Shown here: in pieces, positions 9,976-19,316 of the stretch
Numbering within the stretch: the first letter of the stretch is position 1
How the letters are laid out: each line of letters opens with the position of its first letter
Assembly (NCBI GenBank): GCA_964653435.1
Contig: CAZZFA010000008.1
Span: 15,253-79,252, forward strand
Length of the DNA stretch: 64,000 nucleotides
Reading direction: 5' to 3'
From: an uncultured Planctomycetales bacterium
Lineage (GTDB): Bacteria; Planctomycetota; Phycisphaerae; UBA1845; PWPN01
Notes under the pieces: model-generated
The model's database searches: none
The model's input: only the letters and a program-made list of their open reading frames with translations
What the model was told of the DNA's origin: nothing
Translations under genes and position numbers: made by a program

Positions 9976-10455
9976 ATGAGGAAATCGACCGAGCGCAAGA
10001 TGAATCTCATCGTGCTGGCCATCCTCGCTGTCAATGTGGTGGGTGGCATAGGTGTGGTCGTGCGCCGCTTCACGAGTCACCAGGACCTATTGCTGAAAGG
10101 ACGAGTGACCCTCCAGACATCACCGGCCCCAGGAGTCATTCTGTGCAATGTGCGGACGTGTGCACATCCGCATGAGTTTGTGGTGACGGGCCATCTGGAA
10201 AGTACCGATGAGCACAACACCGGCTGGCAGGGGTCAATCACAGTGGCCATCTTGTCGCCGCAGGGTGCGATGCTCGACCGTAGAAGTGATCGGTATGTTC
10301 TTTCCCCCTCATACAAGCCTGCGGGGATGCATTTTGCCGAACGCTTCCGGACGATCCCGCCGACGGGAAGCGTGTTGCGGATTGAATGGGACCGCCCGGA
10401 ACAGCCCTCAACGCAGCCAACAGCACATGGTACGGTGACCCGCCCTGGGCCATAA
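9976..10455 (+). CDS. Hypothetical membrane-anchored/secreted protein, family A copy 2
   Basis: ATG 9976 is preceded by the same TGAGGTGCCT as copy 1. Hydrophobic N-terminus LIVLAILAVNVVGGIGVVV. C-terminal domain is paralogous to 3736..4197. Confidence 0.55.
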   Translation: MRKSTERKMNLIVLAILAVNVVGGIGVVVRRFTSHQDLLLKGRVTLQTSPAPGVILCNVRTCAHPHEFVVTGHLESTDEHNTGWQGSITVAILSPQGAMLDRRSDRYVLSPSYKPAGMHFAERFRTIPPTGSVLRIEWDRPEQPSTQPTAHGTVTRPGP

Positions 10456-10523
10456 TGCCGGCGGCTTGGGGCGGATCCACTTGGGCGTAGTTCTTGCTTA
10501 CCACCGGCGAGCAACGCGCCGCG

Positions 10524-10718
10524 ATGACCGACGAGAACCAGAAGGCGCGGCTGGCGGATTCTACGAAGACCGTCAAGGGCTGCCCGCCCTGTGCCACATA
10601 CGTTCCCGTCGCCGGCTTTCGCCCACAGTTCTTCAGTCAGAACGAGGGTAGCGACAGAATCCCTGCCGGGTTGGGCTTCACGTGGAGCAACGGGGTCAAG
10701 CTCGGCAAGAACGAATGA
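10524..10718 (+). CDS. Possible small ORF with CPPC motif
   Basis: MTDENQKARLADSTKTVKGCPPCATYVP... By eye, third-codon positions are much more G/C-rich than in the overlapping minus-strand ORF. I see no RBS and recognise no family. Confidence 0.25.
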   Translation: MTDENQKARLADSTKTVKGCPPCATYVPVAGFRPQFFSQNEGSDRIPAGLGFTWSNGVKLGKNE

Positions 10719-11021
10719 AAGCGACTCTCGATACGCCAACATGAACTCGGACGCGTACTCGCTGAGGGCGCACGTTCCCAGGCCGTGGAAGAGGCGGCCG
10801 TCGAGGTGGGAAGGCCGCCCATCTTGTCGAAAGGACTCTTGACCGTGGAGATGACAGCGGCTCGTGTGTGTCTCGTCGCTGGAGGACCACTACAATACCG
10901 TCAGAGGCCCAGACAAGCTGATGCGGTCTGACGGCCGGAAGCACGCCCAGGCGGCATTCCGTTGCCGTCCCGCCGACAAGTGACTTACACCGAGTTGCCT
11001 GCACCTCTTCGGGAGGCTGCC

Positions 11022-11612
11022 ATGAAACTCCGAGAAAGCGGGATGCCCGAAGAGAGCTACTGGGAATCGCTCTTCGATGTGACCTTGATCCTTGAACGCC
11101 TCGATATCGACGACAGGCTGAGCGATGTCATCGAACTGGGTTGTGGATACGGGACATTCACGCTCCCGGTGGCACAACGGATATCCGGTGTCCTCGACGC
11201 GTTTGACATCGATCCGGGAATGATTGAGCGCACTCGGCAGCGCGCTGCTGGGCAGAGGGTACGCAACGTGCGTTATCACGAGCGAGATGTCTTTGCCAAA
11301 GGGTTTGGCATACCGAACGAATCACGCGATGCCTGTCTACTCTTCAACATCCTGCATTGCGAAGAACCCCGGTGGGTCCTGAGCGAGGCAGCCAGGGTGA
11401 CGAGCCCCGGCGGGGTCGTGTACGTCATTCATTGGCGTCGTGATCCGCACACCCCGCGGGGTCCCAGCATGGACATTCGGCCCAGTCCGGAGCAGATTGC
11501 CCTTTGGGCTAAGGAAACCGGCCTCGTGAGTCGAGAGGACGGCGTCATCGACTTGCCGCCATGGCATTACGGTCTGACGTTGACGACGCCACGGCGGAGC
11601 ACCGACCGGTAA
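11022..11612 (+). CDS. Class I SAM-dependent methyltransferase
   Basis: Motif I VIELGCGYGTFT. GGGAGG RBS before ATG 11022. ~196 aa. Confidence 0.7.
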   Translation: MKLRESGMPEESYWESLFDVTLILERLDIDDRLSDVIELGCGYGTFTLPVAQRISGVLDAFDIDPGMIERTRQRAAGQRVRNVRYHERDVFAKGFGIPNESRDACLLFNILHCEEPRWVLSEAARVTSPGGVVYVIHWRRDPHTPRGPSMDIRPSPEQIALWAKETGLVSREDGVIDLPPWHYGLTLTTPRRSTDR

Positions 11613-13232
11613 CTACGCCTGCACCAGATAGTTCCGCATCATGCCCTGGTCCTCGTGTTCGAGGTTGTGGCAGTGGTAGAGATACAAGCCCGCATAGTCG
11701 GAGAAACGCAACATGAGCCTGACTCGCTCGCCTGGCATCAACAGCACAGTGTCCTTCCACCCCTCATCCACATAACCATGCCGAACCGTCTCCCAGCCCG
11801 CTGCGCGGGAAGGCAGAACAGTGCGCTCCACGATCTGAAACTGGACGCCGTGGATGTGAATCGGGTGCATCATTTCCAGCATTCCGATCGTATTGACGAG
11901 TTCCCACGTTTCCAGCGTATCGAGGTGCACAACCTCGTTGGGTGCCACCTGCTCCATCTCGAACGTCCGGCCATTAAGCAGCCACCGCATCATTCCGCCC
12001 GACGACGCGGCAAACGTCCGAGGTGATGCAGCATTCTCGGCGTCCTCTGCGCGGTAGCGGTCGATCGTCGAGAGACGCTCCGGCAGCGTGAGCGGTTCCT
12101 GTTCCTGCCGCTCGATGCGGACTCGCATGACCTCGAACGCCGCTCCGTTGGGCAGCGAGCCGCTACTCATCCCGCCCATGCCGAGGTCGCCGCCCGAGAA
12201 AGGCAAGCTTTGCAGGCTCATCTCCGAGCCTATCTGTCGTTGCGAGAAGTCCGCCCACAGTTCGATCCGCTCCCCTGGCGCGAGCATGACGTAATCGCGC
12301 TGCACGGGAGCTTCCAGCAGGCCGCCATCTGTTGCGATCACCCACAGCGGCGTGCCGTCGCCCCAGGCGAGTTTGTAAACACGCGAGTTGGACCCGTTGA
12401 GCAGCCGCAGTCGGTAGGCACGTGTGGCGACGGACAACGTAAAGGAAGGATGCCCGTTGACGAGAATCTGGTTGCCCAAGACTCCGTCCGAGCCCATCAT
12501 GCCCATCATCATGCCGCCGGCGGCATACACGAACTGATTGTCAGCACTGAATACCCGGTCTTGCAGCACGAGCGATATGTCATGGTCGCCCGAAGGCAGC
12601 GTGACGCCGTCCTCTTCGTCATCCGAGACGAGCAACAGCCCCGCAAGCCCCTGGTACACTTGTCGGCCGGTGCGTCCGTGCGGATGCGGGTGAAACCAGT
12701 ACGTCCCAGCACGGTCGGTCACATCAAACTCATAGATGTACTCTTGTTCAGGGCCGATCGCATACCGAGGATGCCCATCCATGTCGGCAGGAACATGCAG
12801 CCCATGCCAGTGAATGATCGTCGGCTCCGTTAGGCTGTTCGCAAGGCGTAGGCGGAGCCGCTGGCCTTTTCTGGCGCGAATAATCGGTCCGAGATAGGAG
12901 CCTGGCAGCGCTGTCACGCTGGCCGAGTCGCCCGCCAGGACCGATGCCTGGTAGGTGGCGGCACGCGTGGATCCGCCGGGCAGGATAGGAACCTCGATCT
13001 GCACCGCCTGGAGCGTCACATCCAACGCGACGCCGCCTGATCCTGGCTCCGGCCGTGCGGCTTCGTCGCTCAACGGCGGAGACACGGCGGTCCCGCAGCC
13101 GGCCGGACTGAGTGCGGTGCCACCGAGAAGCACCGCAGCGGCGCCTGCCGCCGAGGCGCGTAGAAACTCACGTCGCTGCATGCCGGGACCGGATGATGCC
13201 GTACAGGAACTGGGGACATGATCAGTGTTCAT
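11613..13232 (-). CDS. Multicopper oxidase (CueO/CopA-like), Tat-exported
   Basis: Twin-arginine signal MQRREFLRASAAGAAAV. Copper ligand motifs HWHGLHVP, HPHPHG, HPIHIHG, HCHNLEHEDQGMM. Met-rich inserts GGMMMGMMGSDG and GMGGMSSGS. Start is either 13232 or 13181. Confidence 0.9.
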   Translation of the reverse strand: MNTDHVPSSCTASSGPGMQRREFLRASAAGAAAVLLGGTALSPAGCGTAVSPPLSDEAARPEPGSGGVALDVTLQAVQIEVPILPGGSTRAATYQASVLAGDSASVTALPGSYLGPIIRARKGQRLRLRLANSLTEPTIIHWHGLHVPADMDGHPRYAIGPEQEYIYEFDVTDRAGTYWFHPHPHGRTGRQVYQGLAGLLLVSDDEEDGVTLPSGDHDISLVLQDRVFSADNQFVYAAGGMMMGMMGSDGVLGNQILVNGHPSFTLSVATRAYRLRLLNGSNSRVYKLAWGDGTPLWVIATDGGLLEAPVQRDYVMLAPGERIELWADFSQRQIGSEMSLQSLPFSGGDLGMGGMSSGSLPNGAAFEVMRVRIERQEQEPLTLPERLSTIDRYRAEDAENAASPRTFAASSGGMMRWLLNGRTFEMEQVAPNEVVHLDTLETWELVNTIGMLEMMHPIHIHGVQFQIVERTVLPSRAAGWETVRHGYVDEGWKDTVLLMPGERVRLMLRFSDYAGLYLYHCHNLEHEDQGMMRNYLVQA

Positions 13233-13378
13233 CACACCGTGCCTTCTGTTATCAACAACTGAAGAAGTAATGATTGCATCCAGCGACCTTGTCGTATCCT
13301 GCAACCTCAGGGGATTGACAGACGGCATCGGCGATAGTGTGACACCGTTGTCGTTATCCGCGTGCTTCGCATTGTGTG

Positions 13379-14059
13379 CTACGGCATCATGTTCCCGCCG
13401 CCGGTGTTCCCCATCATGCCGCCGGATTGCATATGAGTTTGCATCGCCTCGCTCATGAGGATCAGTTCATTCGTATTCCCGTTGCCGTTCAGATCGTCCG
13501 TGTCGGGTGTCAGGTACATGTGGTAGGTCGCTCCACACGCATAATCCATGCCCATGAACCCCGGAACCGTCATCATATTGCTGACCTGCTGCCCATCGGC
13601 CAGAACGCAGCCCACGCCGCCGGGTGTATCGAGTGGACCGGCACCGACAATTTCCGCGCACGGGATCTGCACTTCCGTCTCGCCGCCGGCCGGGACATTC
13701 ACGTCCTGAGTCTTCTCGGTCGAGCCATCGAGGCTTGAGAAGTGCGTTACGTGAAAGGTACAGTTCTGAAGAGCCTGATTGTGGAGCATGACCGTCATCA
13801 TGCTGCCCGGGCTGGCCAGATTCGTCTGTGAGTTGAATCCCATGTGTGGCATGCCGTTTTGCAGATAGCCCGACATCTGCATGCCGCCAAAGCCACTCGC
13901 CCCGCCGATTCGGGAAGCCACCTCCGTAGCCTTAGCGGCTACCGTTGCCGCCGAGTCCGAACCATCGCCGGCAGGCAATACCGAACCGGGCGTACATCCC
14001 TGGGCTGCGAGTGACACGACAATAGATCCGACCACGACGAACGATGTCCAGAATTTCAT
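13379..14059 (-). CDS. Met-rich secreted lipoprotein (putative periplasmic Cu/Ag-binding)
   Basis: Lipoprotein signal MKFWTSFVVVGSIVVSLAAQGC and a GGAGAG RBS. Met clusters GGMQMSGYLQNGMPHMG, MMTVM, FMGMDY, MQTHMQSGGMMGNTGGGNMMP. Lies upstream of the MCO on the same strand. Confidence 0.6.
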   Translation of the reverse strand: MKFWTSFVVVGSIVVSLAAQGCTPGSVLPAGDGSDSAATVAAKATEVASRIGGASGFGGMQMSGYLQNGMPHMGFNSQTNLASPGSMMTVMLHNQALQNCTFHVTHFSSLDGSTEKTQDVNVPAGGETEVQIPCAEIVGAGPLDTPGGVGCVLADGQQVSNMMTVPGFMGMDYACGATYHMYLTPDTDDLNGNGNTNELILMSEAMQTHMQSGGMMGNTGGGNMMP

Positions 14060-14601
14060 TTGTTCTCTCCGTGCATACTGAGTGAGTGGCGGCAACGGCC
14101 ACGCCGATGCTCGCATCTCGAAAGTTGGATGCCGGACAGGCAGTGCTTCTTCCCTGAAGTTGCGAAAACCATGCGCGCCATAGCCCTCAATTATAGCGCG
14201 CGGTCCTCAATCCTCAGCCGCAGGCCATGCAGGCCGATGTTCATTTGGAGCCCCACGCGCTAGCCAGCACGGCTGACTTCCGCGATGAAATGTCTCAATT
14301 GCGAGCGCTGTCCCGTCCGTCATCTTCGTGGATGGCTGCGCCCGGGGCCGCCCGAGTAATCCGATATGCCGAAACGAGAACCGCACCGGCGGGTGTCGGC
14401 GTCCCCTGCGCAGAGGCGCAAACACAAACGAGTAGCCGCGCTGACGAACACTCAGCAACGACAACTCGTTCACTTCAAACTGGGCGGCGCTCCGGCGACA
14501 GCATACGCCATATCTGCCCCAACCCGCTCACCGGCCTGAAAGGCGTTTTAGTCGCTGTCTGGCGGGCGGAGGGCGGGCCGTCAACGACGGCATCTGTGAA
14601 C

Positions 14602-14946
14602 TCAGGACTTCGTCTTCGGCGGCAGGCACTTGTCGCACTCGACGCCTTCCGGTGCACACTTAGAGCATTTGAACATCGGCTTGCCATGCTGCGCGTAGAT
14701 CGTCGCCTCGGTATCGCAGTCCGGGCACATGTGCTTCTTGACGATGTGGCTTTGGGACCATTGGGCACCTTTGCCATACTGTTGGCGCACGGTCTTGACC
14801 TGGTCATAGCACTTCTGGCATGCCATCACATGGCCGTCCTGTTGTTTAGCCATCCGGTGGGCACCGGTACTCTCGCATCCGGCAAGCAGGAGGACAGCGC
14901 TACCGGTGAGAGCTGCTACTAACGCGAAGCAGATAGATCGTTTCAT
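14602..14946 (-). CDS. Cys-rich lipoprotein with four CxxC pairs, family B copy 1
   Basis: GGAAGGAG RBS. Signal MKRSICFALVAALTGSAVLLLAGC. Then CQKC...CPDC...CSKC...CDKC. Paralogous to 20403..20780. Confidence 0.7.
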   Translation of the reverse strand: MKRSICFALVAALTGSAVLLLAGCESTGAHRMAKQQDGHVMACQKCYDQVKTVRQQYGKGAQWSQSHIVKKHMCPDCDTEATIYAQHGKPMFKCSKCAPEGVECDKCLPPKTKS

Positions 14947-15012
14947 GAGGAACTCCTTCCGTAAAGGCGAAAGCAGGTAGACCAACACTGTGCTGGCCCA
15001 CCCCTCTTCATA

Positions 15013-15891
15013 TCAGGGATGATGGTCGTGCCCATCGCGTGTGCCGGTGAACTGAGGGGCGACTGCGGCAAACACCGCGGGCAACTCCGATTCGACATTG
15101 AGGGTGCTCAGGATGCAGTGACACGTGGTCGGATCGGTGAAGTGAACGAGCTTCCAGGATCCTATATCGATCCTGTGGCCATAATGGTTTCCAACAAGGC
15201 ACGGCATCTCCTTATGCACCCCCACGTTCTCTCTGTTCACCGGCGTGTGAAAGAAAACAATCAACGGTCCGTTCTCGCCTTGATACCAGGCGGCAACCCC
15301 TGGCGAGACGCCGAACTGAAGCTGGTACACCTTGTCGAGCCGGTATCTCCCGGGTAGCTCGGCGGGGAGCGCGAAGCTCAGACCGGGTGCAACACGGGTG
15401 GCCGCCTTGGGATCGATCTGCTGACCACCGTAGTAGCTGAGGAATCGTTGGAACGACGCCGCAACGTCATTGGTCACTCCATCGAGCAACACGGAATAGT
15501 CGATGGTCGCGGCGCTGGCTGTAGGAGTCTCGGAGGTGAGCCATATGCCTGCAAGAAGTCCACCTCCGATCAGGATTGCTACGCTGGCGGCGGCTGTCAG
15601 GGGCCTGCGAAAGAACTGGAAAACACGGCGACGATGAGGTGTCTGCGGAGCTGGCGCGGACAATCCCTGTTCGATCGCCGACCACAAGGGCGGCGAGGAG
15701 GCGGCCTCGAAGTCCCCGCCGAACGCACGAAGGCGGTCCGCCAGTACCTGCAGCCGCTCCAACTCGGCTGTACAGGAACTACAAGCCCGAAGGTGTTCCT
15801 CCAGCGATGTGCGTTCGTGGACGGACAGTTCGCCATCCAGCAGAGCGCCGATCTTGTCTTGAATTGCCTTGCAGTCCATGGTCGTAGTCAC
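15013..15891 (-). CDS. Anti-sigma factor (zf-HC2 type), single TM, periplasmic C-terminal domain
   Basis: N-terminal H-x3-C-x2-C motif (EEHLRACSSCTAEL). TM segment LTAAASVAILIGGGLLAGIWL. Immediately downstream of the ECF sigma gene. C-terminus ends GTRDGHDHHP. Confidence 0.8.
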   Translation of the reverse strand: MTTTMDCKAIQDKIGALLDGELSVHERTSLEEHLRACSSCTAELERLQVLADRLRAFGGDFEAASSPPLWSAIEQGLSAPAPQTPHRRRVFQFFRRPLTAAASVAILIGGGLLAGIWLTSETPTASAATIDYSVLLDGVTNDVAASFQRFLSYYGGQQIDPKAATRVAPGLSFALPAELPGRYRLDKVYQLQFGVSPGVAAWYQGENGPLIVFFHTPVNRENVGVHKEMPCLVGNHYGHRIDIGSWKLVHFTDPTTCHCILSTLNVESELPAVFAAVAPQFTGTRDGHDHHP

Positions 15892-15948
15892 TTCGACCGC
15901 ATGGGTCGTTAGCGAATGCCTACCGCCTCGTCGTTCGTTTCTGACGCC

Positions 15949-16527
15949 TCAACCACCTTCCTCAGTATTGGATGCCGGCGACCCGTCGTCTCTTCCGGTG
16001 GTTATCGGTGCTTCCGGAGCCAGGATATCGCGCAGCTTCCGCCGCGTACGGTTCAATTCGGAGCCAATGGTCCCGGATGGCTTGCCAAGAACATCGGCCA
16101 TCTCCGCATAGCTCAGTCCCTCGAAATAACGCAGTACAATCAGGGCTCGCTCGTCGCCGGACAATCGCGCCAAGGCATCCGCAACGTCCAGCTTGGCGTT
16201 GGAAATCGCCGTCGCGGAGTTCACGACGATGTCTTGCCTTGCCTCCATCTCTCGTCTGCCGCGCCTCTTCTCCTGGCGAAGGAACTGCAACGCCTCGTTG
16301 ACCGCAACTCGGTAAACCCATGTTGCCACGCGAGATGCGCCGTCAAACTGATCGATGTTCTGAAAGACCCGGATATAGGTCCCCTGCGTCAGGTCCGAAG
16401 CGTCTTCCTGGTTGTGGGTCATCTTCAGGAGAAGGCGATAGATACGATCGCACGTTTGCGCATACAGCTCGCGCTGGGCGTCCCGATCGCCTTGACGACA
16501 GCGTTCGACGAGCTGGCTCTCGGTCAT
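15949..16527 (-). CDS. ECF-type RNA polymerase sigma-70 family factor
   Basis: Start moved to MTESQLVERCRQGD. Region 2 (DLTQGTYIRVF..., WVYRVAVNEAL) and region 4 HTH (LSYAEMADVLGKPSGTIGSELNRTRRKL). Confidence 0.88.
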   Translation of the reverse strand: MTESQLVERCRQGDRDAQRELYAQTCDRIYRLLLKMTHNQEDASDLTQGTYIRVFQNIDQFDGASRVATWVYRVAVNEALQFLRQEKRRGRREMEARQDIVVNSATAISNAKLDVADALARLSGDERALIVLRYFEGLSYAEMADVLGKPSGTIGSELNRTRRKLRDILAPEAPITTGRDDGSPASNTEEGG

Positions 16528-16577
16528 AAGACCTCGGCGAAGTTGGCAGGCCTGCGTCCTGCCGACGGTGAACCCGC

Positions 16578-18071
16578 TCAGGGTTCTCGCCGAAAGATTA
16601 CCAGCGTTACGTCGTCTGGGGAAGCGGGGCATCCCCGGAAGGCATCGATCTGGCCGAGCACCGTCTCGATCTGGACGGAGGGGCATTCACCGGCCGTTGC
16701 CCGAATCGATTCTGCAAGGCGGTCTCGACCGAAGAGGACGCCATCGGACGCCGGGGTCTCGGCCAGCCCGTCGGTGAACAGATAGAGGCGGTCTCCGGGG
16801 GCGAGTCGGACCCTTCCAGTCTCCCAACTCGAGTCGGCGGAAACACCCAGCGGGAGGCCCGAACTTTCCAGCTTGTCTTTAAGGCTGCCGTGAGTATCCA
16901 AGATCAGGCCCGGTTCATGGCCGCAGTTCACGTACTCGAAGGACGAGGCCGTGGGATCATAAAGGCCCAGCAGGCCTGTCACGAAATGCTCTGCTCCCAG
17001 CAATGATTCCAAGTCGCTGTTGATCACCTGGGCAATCGCTTCGGGGCATTGCAGACCTTGGCGCACCTGCTGGCGGACTTCCGCCTTCAGTATTGCCGTC
17101 ACGAGGGCGGCGGAGAGGCCATGCCCGGAGGCGTCCGCAATTATCAGAAGCCACCGCCCATCAGCGAACTGGACAGCGTCATGGTAGTCGCCGCCCACGC
17201 TGTCGGCAGATACGTATTTTGCGTCCATACTCAGGCGGGGTATCTCGATATCTGGTGGCGGCAGCAAGTCGCGATGGATCTTTCTGGCCTTCGCCATTTC
17301 GAACTGCCGGACACGCTCGGTGTGCCCCAGGGATTCAGCCATCCGGTTAATCCCCTCGGCGAGGCGCGCCATCTCGGTGGTATGAAAGGGCTCGATGCGA
17401 ACGCCAAACCGTCCTTGTCCGATTGCCCCTACACCCGCGACAAGTCTGCCGATCGGACGACGAACCCACCGCACCAGGAGGACGTTCATAGCAGCCAGAA
17501 TCAGGGCAACCAGCACGGTCATGCCGGCGGCGCGGCTGAGGAATTGCCCGCGGATCAAACGTTGTACGGAGGCCAGAGATTGGGCGACCACGATCATTCC
17601 TCCCCCCGAGCGCGGCTCGCCTGCCATCATGAATTCCTGACCGTCATGACTGAAAAGCCTGGTTTGGCCTGGTTTGAGCGTAACCAACACTTGGTCCAGC
17701 TCATCTTCCTTGCCGGCCATCATGCTCTCGATGATCCGTCCGTTCAGATCTGTCACAACGATATGATGAGCTGGGGAGACGCTCGGCAGCATCTGTCGGC
17801 AGTAGTTTTCAATGAAGCGGTGAAAAGCCGCCGGTTCTGCGAACACCTGTTCGGCCAGGCGTACCACCTTTGCCTCCTCCTGCAGTCGCTCTGTTTGGGC
17901 CTTGAGGTGAAAGCCACGTTCGCGCCGGTAATCGACCGCCCCGAAGACTATAAGGACCAGGATCGCGATGAGATTGATCGCCAGAGCAAGGCGCAGCGAC
18001 ATGGACCCGCGCCAGGGGATGGAGACAGGGGCAGCGACGACCGGTATCGAGGCAGGCTTTGTCTTGTTCAA
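16578..18071 (-). CDS. Membrane HAMP-domain PP2C/SpoIIE-family serine phosphatase
   Basis: Two TM segments flank a periplasmic region. HAMP-like linker (RRPIGRLVAGVGAIGQGRF). C-terminal SpoIIE/PP2C block (GGDYHD..., IADASGHG..., LYLFTDGL). Confidence 0.8.
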   Translation of the reverse strand: MNKTKPASIPVVAAPVSIPWRGSMSLRLALAINLIAILVLIVFGAVDYRRERGFHLKAQTERLQEEAKVVRLAEQVFAEPAAFHRFIENYCRQMLPSVSPAHHIVVTDLNGRIIESMMAGKEDELDQVLVTLKPGQTRLFSHDGQEFMMAGEPRSGGGMIVVAQSLASVQRLIRGQFLSRAAGMTVLVALILAAMNVLLVRWVRRPIGRLVAGVGAIGQGRFGVRIEPFHTTEMARLAEGINRMAESLGHTERVRQFEMAKARKIHRDLLPPPDIEIPRLSMDAKYVSADSVGGDYHDAVQFADGRWLLIIADASGHGLSAALVTAILKAEVRQQVRQGLQCPEAIAQVINSDLESLLGAEHFVTGLLGLYDPTASSFEYVNCGHEPGLILDTHGSLKDKLESSGLPLGVSADSSWETGRVRLAPGDRLYLFTDGLAETPASDGVLFGRDRLAESIRATAGECPSVQIETVLGQIDAFRGCPASPDDVTLVIFRREP

Positions 18072-18316
18072 CGTCCGTAGACCTCGCGATAGCCATCTGG
18101 TCCTCCTCAGAGGACTTGCTCATTTGTATTGGATGACGCCGGTATGCAGCTTCTTCATCCATCCTCCGGACCCTGTGAACGCGGTTGCTGTTTCTCGGTC
18201 AACACTCGGAAGAAGGAGACGGATCGCGGCATCCAACCAAGAAGGACAACCGCACAGATGTCATGCGCACGGGCGGGGCAAGAAGGCGCAGTGCCGTGCA
18301 GTAGCAGGAGGTAACC

Positions 18317-19291
18317 GTGAGCCGGTTATATGACGACATCACGAAAACAATCGGGAATACCCCGCTTGTGCGAATCAATCGCATCATCCCAACCGCGGCA
18401 ATCGTCTACGCGAAGCTGGAGTTCTTCAATCCGCTTTCCAGCGTCAAGGATCGAATCGGCGTCTCGATGATCGCGGCCGCGGAGTCCGCCGGCAGGATTA
18501 CCAAGGATACGGTTCTGATCGAACCGACGTCTGGCAATACGGGGATCGCCTTGGCCTTCGTGTGCGCGGCCAGAGGTTATCGGCTTGTCTTGACCATGCC
18601 GGAGAGCATGTCAGTCGAGAGAAGGGCTCTATTGAAAGCCCTTGGCGCCGAGCTCGTCCTCACGCCGGCATCCGAAGGCATGAAAGGTGCACTGATCCGG
18701 GCTGAGCGTCTTGCCCAGGAGATTCCCAATGCCCTCGTTCTTCAACAGTTCGAAAACCCCGCCAACCCAGACATCCATCGCAGAACCACCGCGGAGGAGA
18801 TTTGGGGAGACACCGATGGCAAGGTGGACATTCTGGTCAGCGGAGTCGGAACCGGCGGGACGATCACCGGCGTGAGCGAGGTCATCCGAAAACGCAAGCC
18901 TTCTTTTCAGGCGATTGCGGTTGAGCCGAGCGATTCACCGATAATCACGCAAAGACGAGCGGGACGGGAACCCAGGCCCGGTCCGCATCGGATTCAGGGC
19001 ATCGGTGCCGGCTTCGTGCCTCCGGTGCTGAACCTCGACAGCATCGAGGATGTTGTGCAGGTCACAAACGACGACGCCTTCGCCTGGGCCCGCCGCGCGG
19101 CGAAGGAGGAAGGCATTCTATGCGGGATCTCTTCCGGTGCGGCGCTTTGCGCATCCAGTATCATTGCTCAGCGGCCCGGGAACACGGGCAAGTTGATTGT
19201 CGTGATCCTGCCGGACTCCGGGGAACGGTATCTCTCCACCCCGCTGTTCTCGCCGGAAGGCGATATCGTTCCGGAGACCTACTTCGGATGA
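18317..19291 (+). CDS. cysK: Cysteine synthase A (O-acetylserine sulfhydrylase)
   Basis: GTG start after [21 protein letters not shown]-lysine motif [23 protein letters not shown]. Confidence 0.92.
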   Translation: MSRLYDDITKTIGNTPLVRINRIIPTAAIVYAKLEFFNPLSSVKDRIGVSMIAAAESAGRITKDTVLIEPTSGNTGIALAFVCAARGYRLVLTMPESMSVERRALLKALGAELVLTPASEGMKGALIRAERLAQEIPNALVLQQFENPANPDIHRRTTAEEIWGDTDGKVDILVSGVGTGGTITGVSEVIRKRKPSFQAIAVEPSDSPIITQRRAGREPRPGPHRIQGIGAGFVPPVLNLDSIEDVVQVTNDDAFAWARRAAKEEGILCGISSGAALCASSIIAQRPGNTGKLIVVILPDSGERYLSTPLFSPEGDIVPETYFG

Positions 19292-19316
19292 GGTCGGCGG
19301 ACAACGGAGCAGCAGA

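Noticed and set aside
10077-10742. 221-aa minus-strand ORF spanning the spacer and the antisense of the family A copy 2 gene
   Set aside because: There is no RBS and no recognisable family. Two-thirds of it is antisense to a better-supported gene, and its third-position G/C bias is weaker than that of the plus-strand frame.
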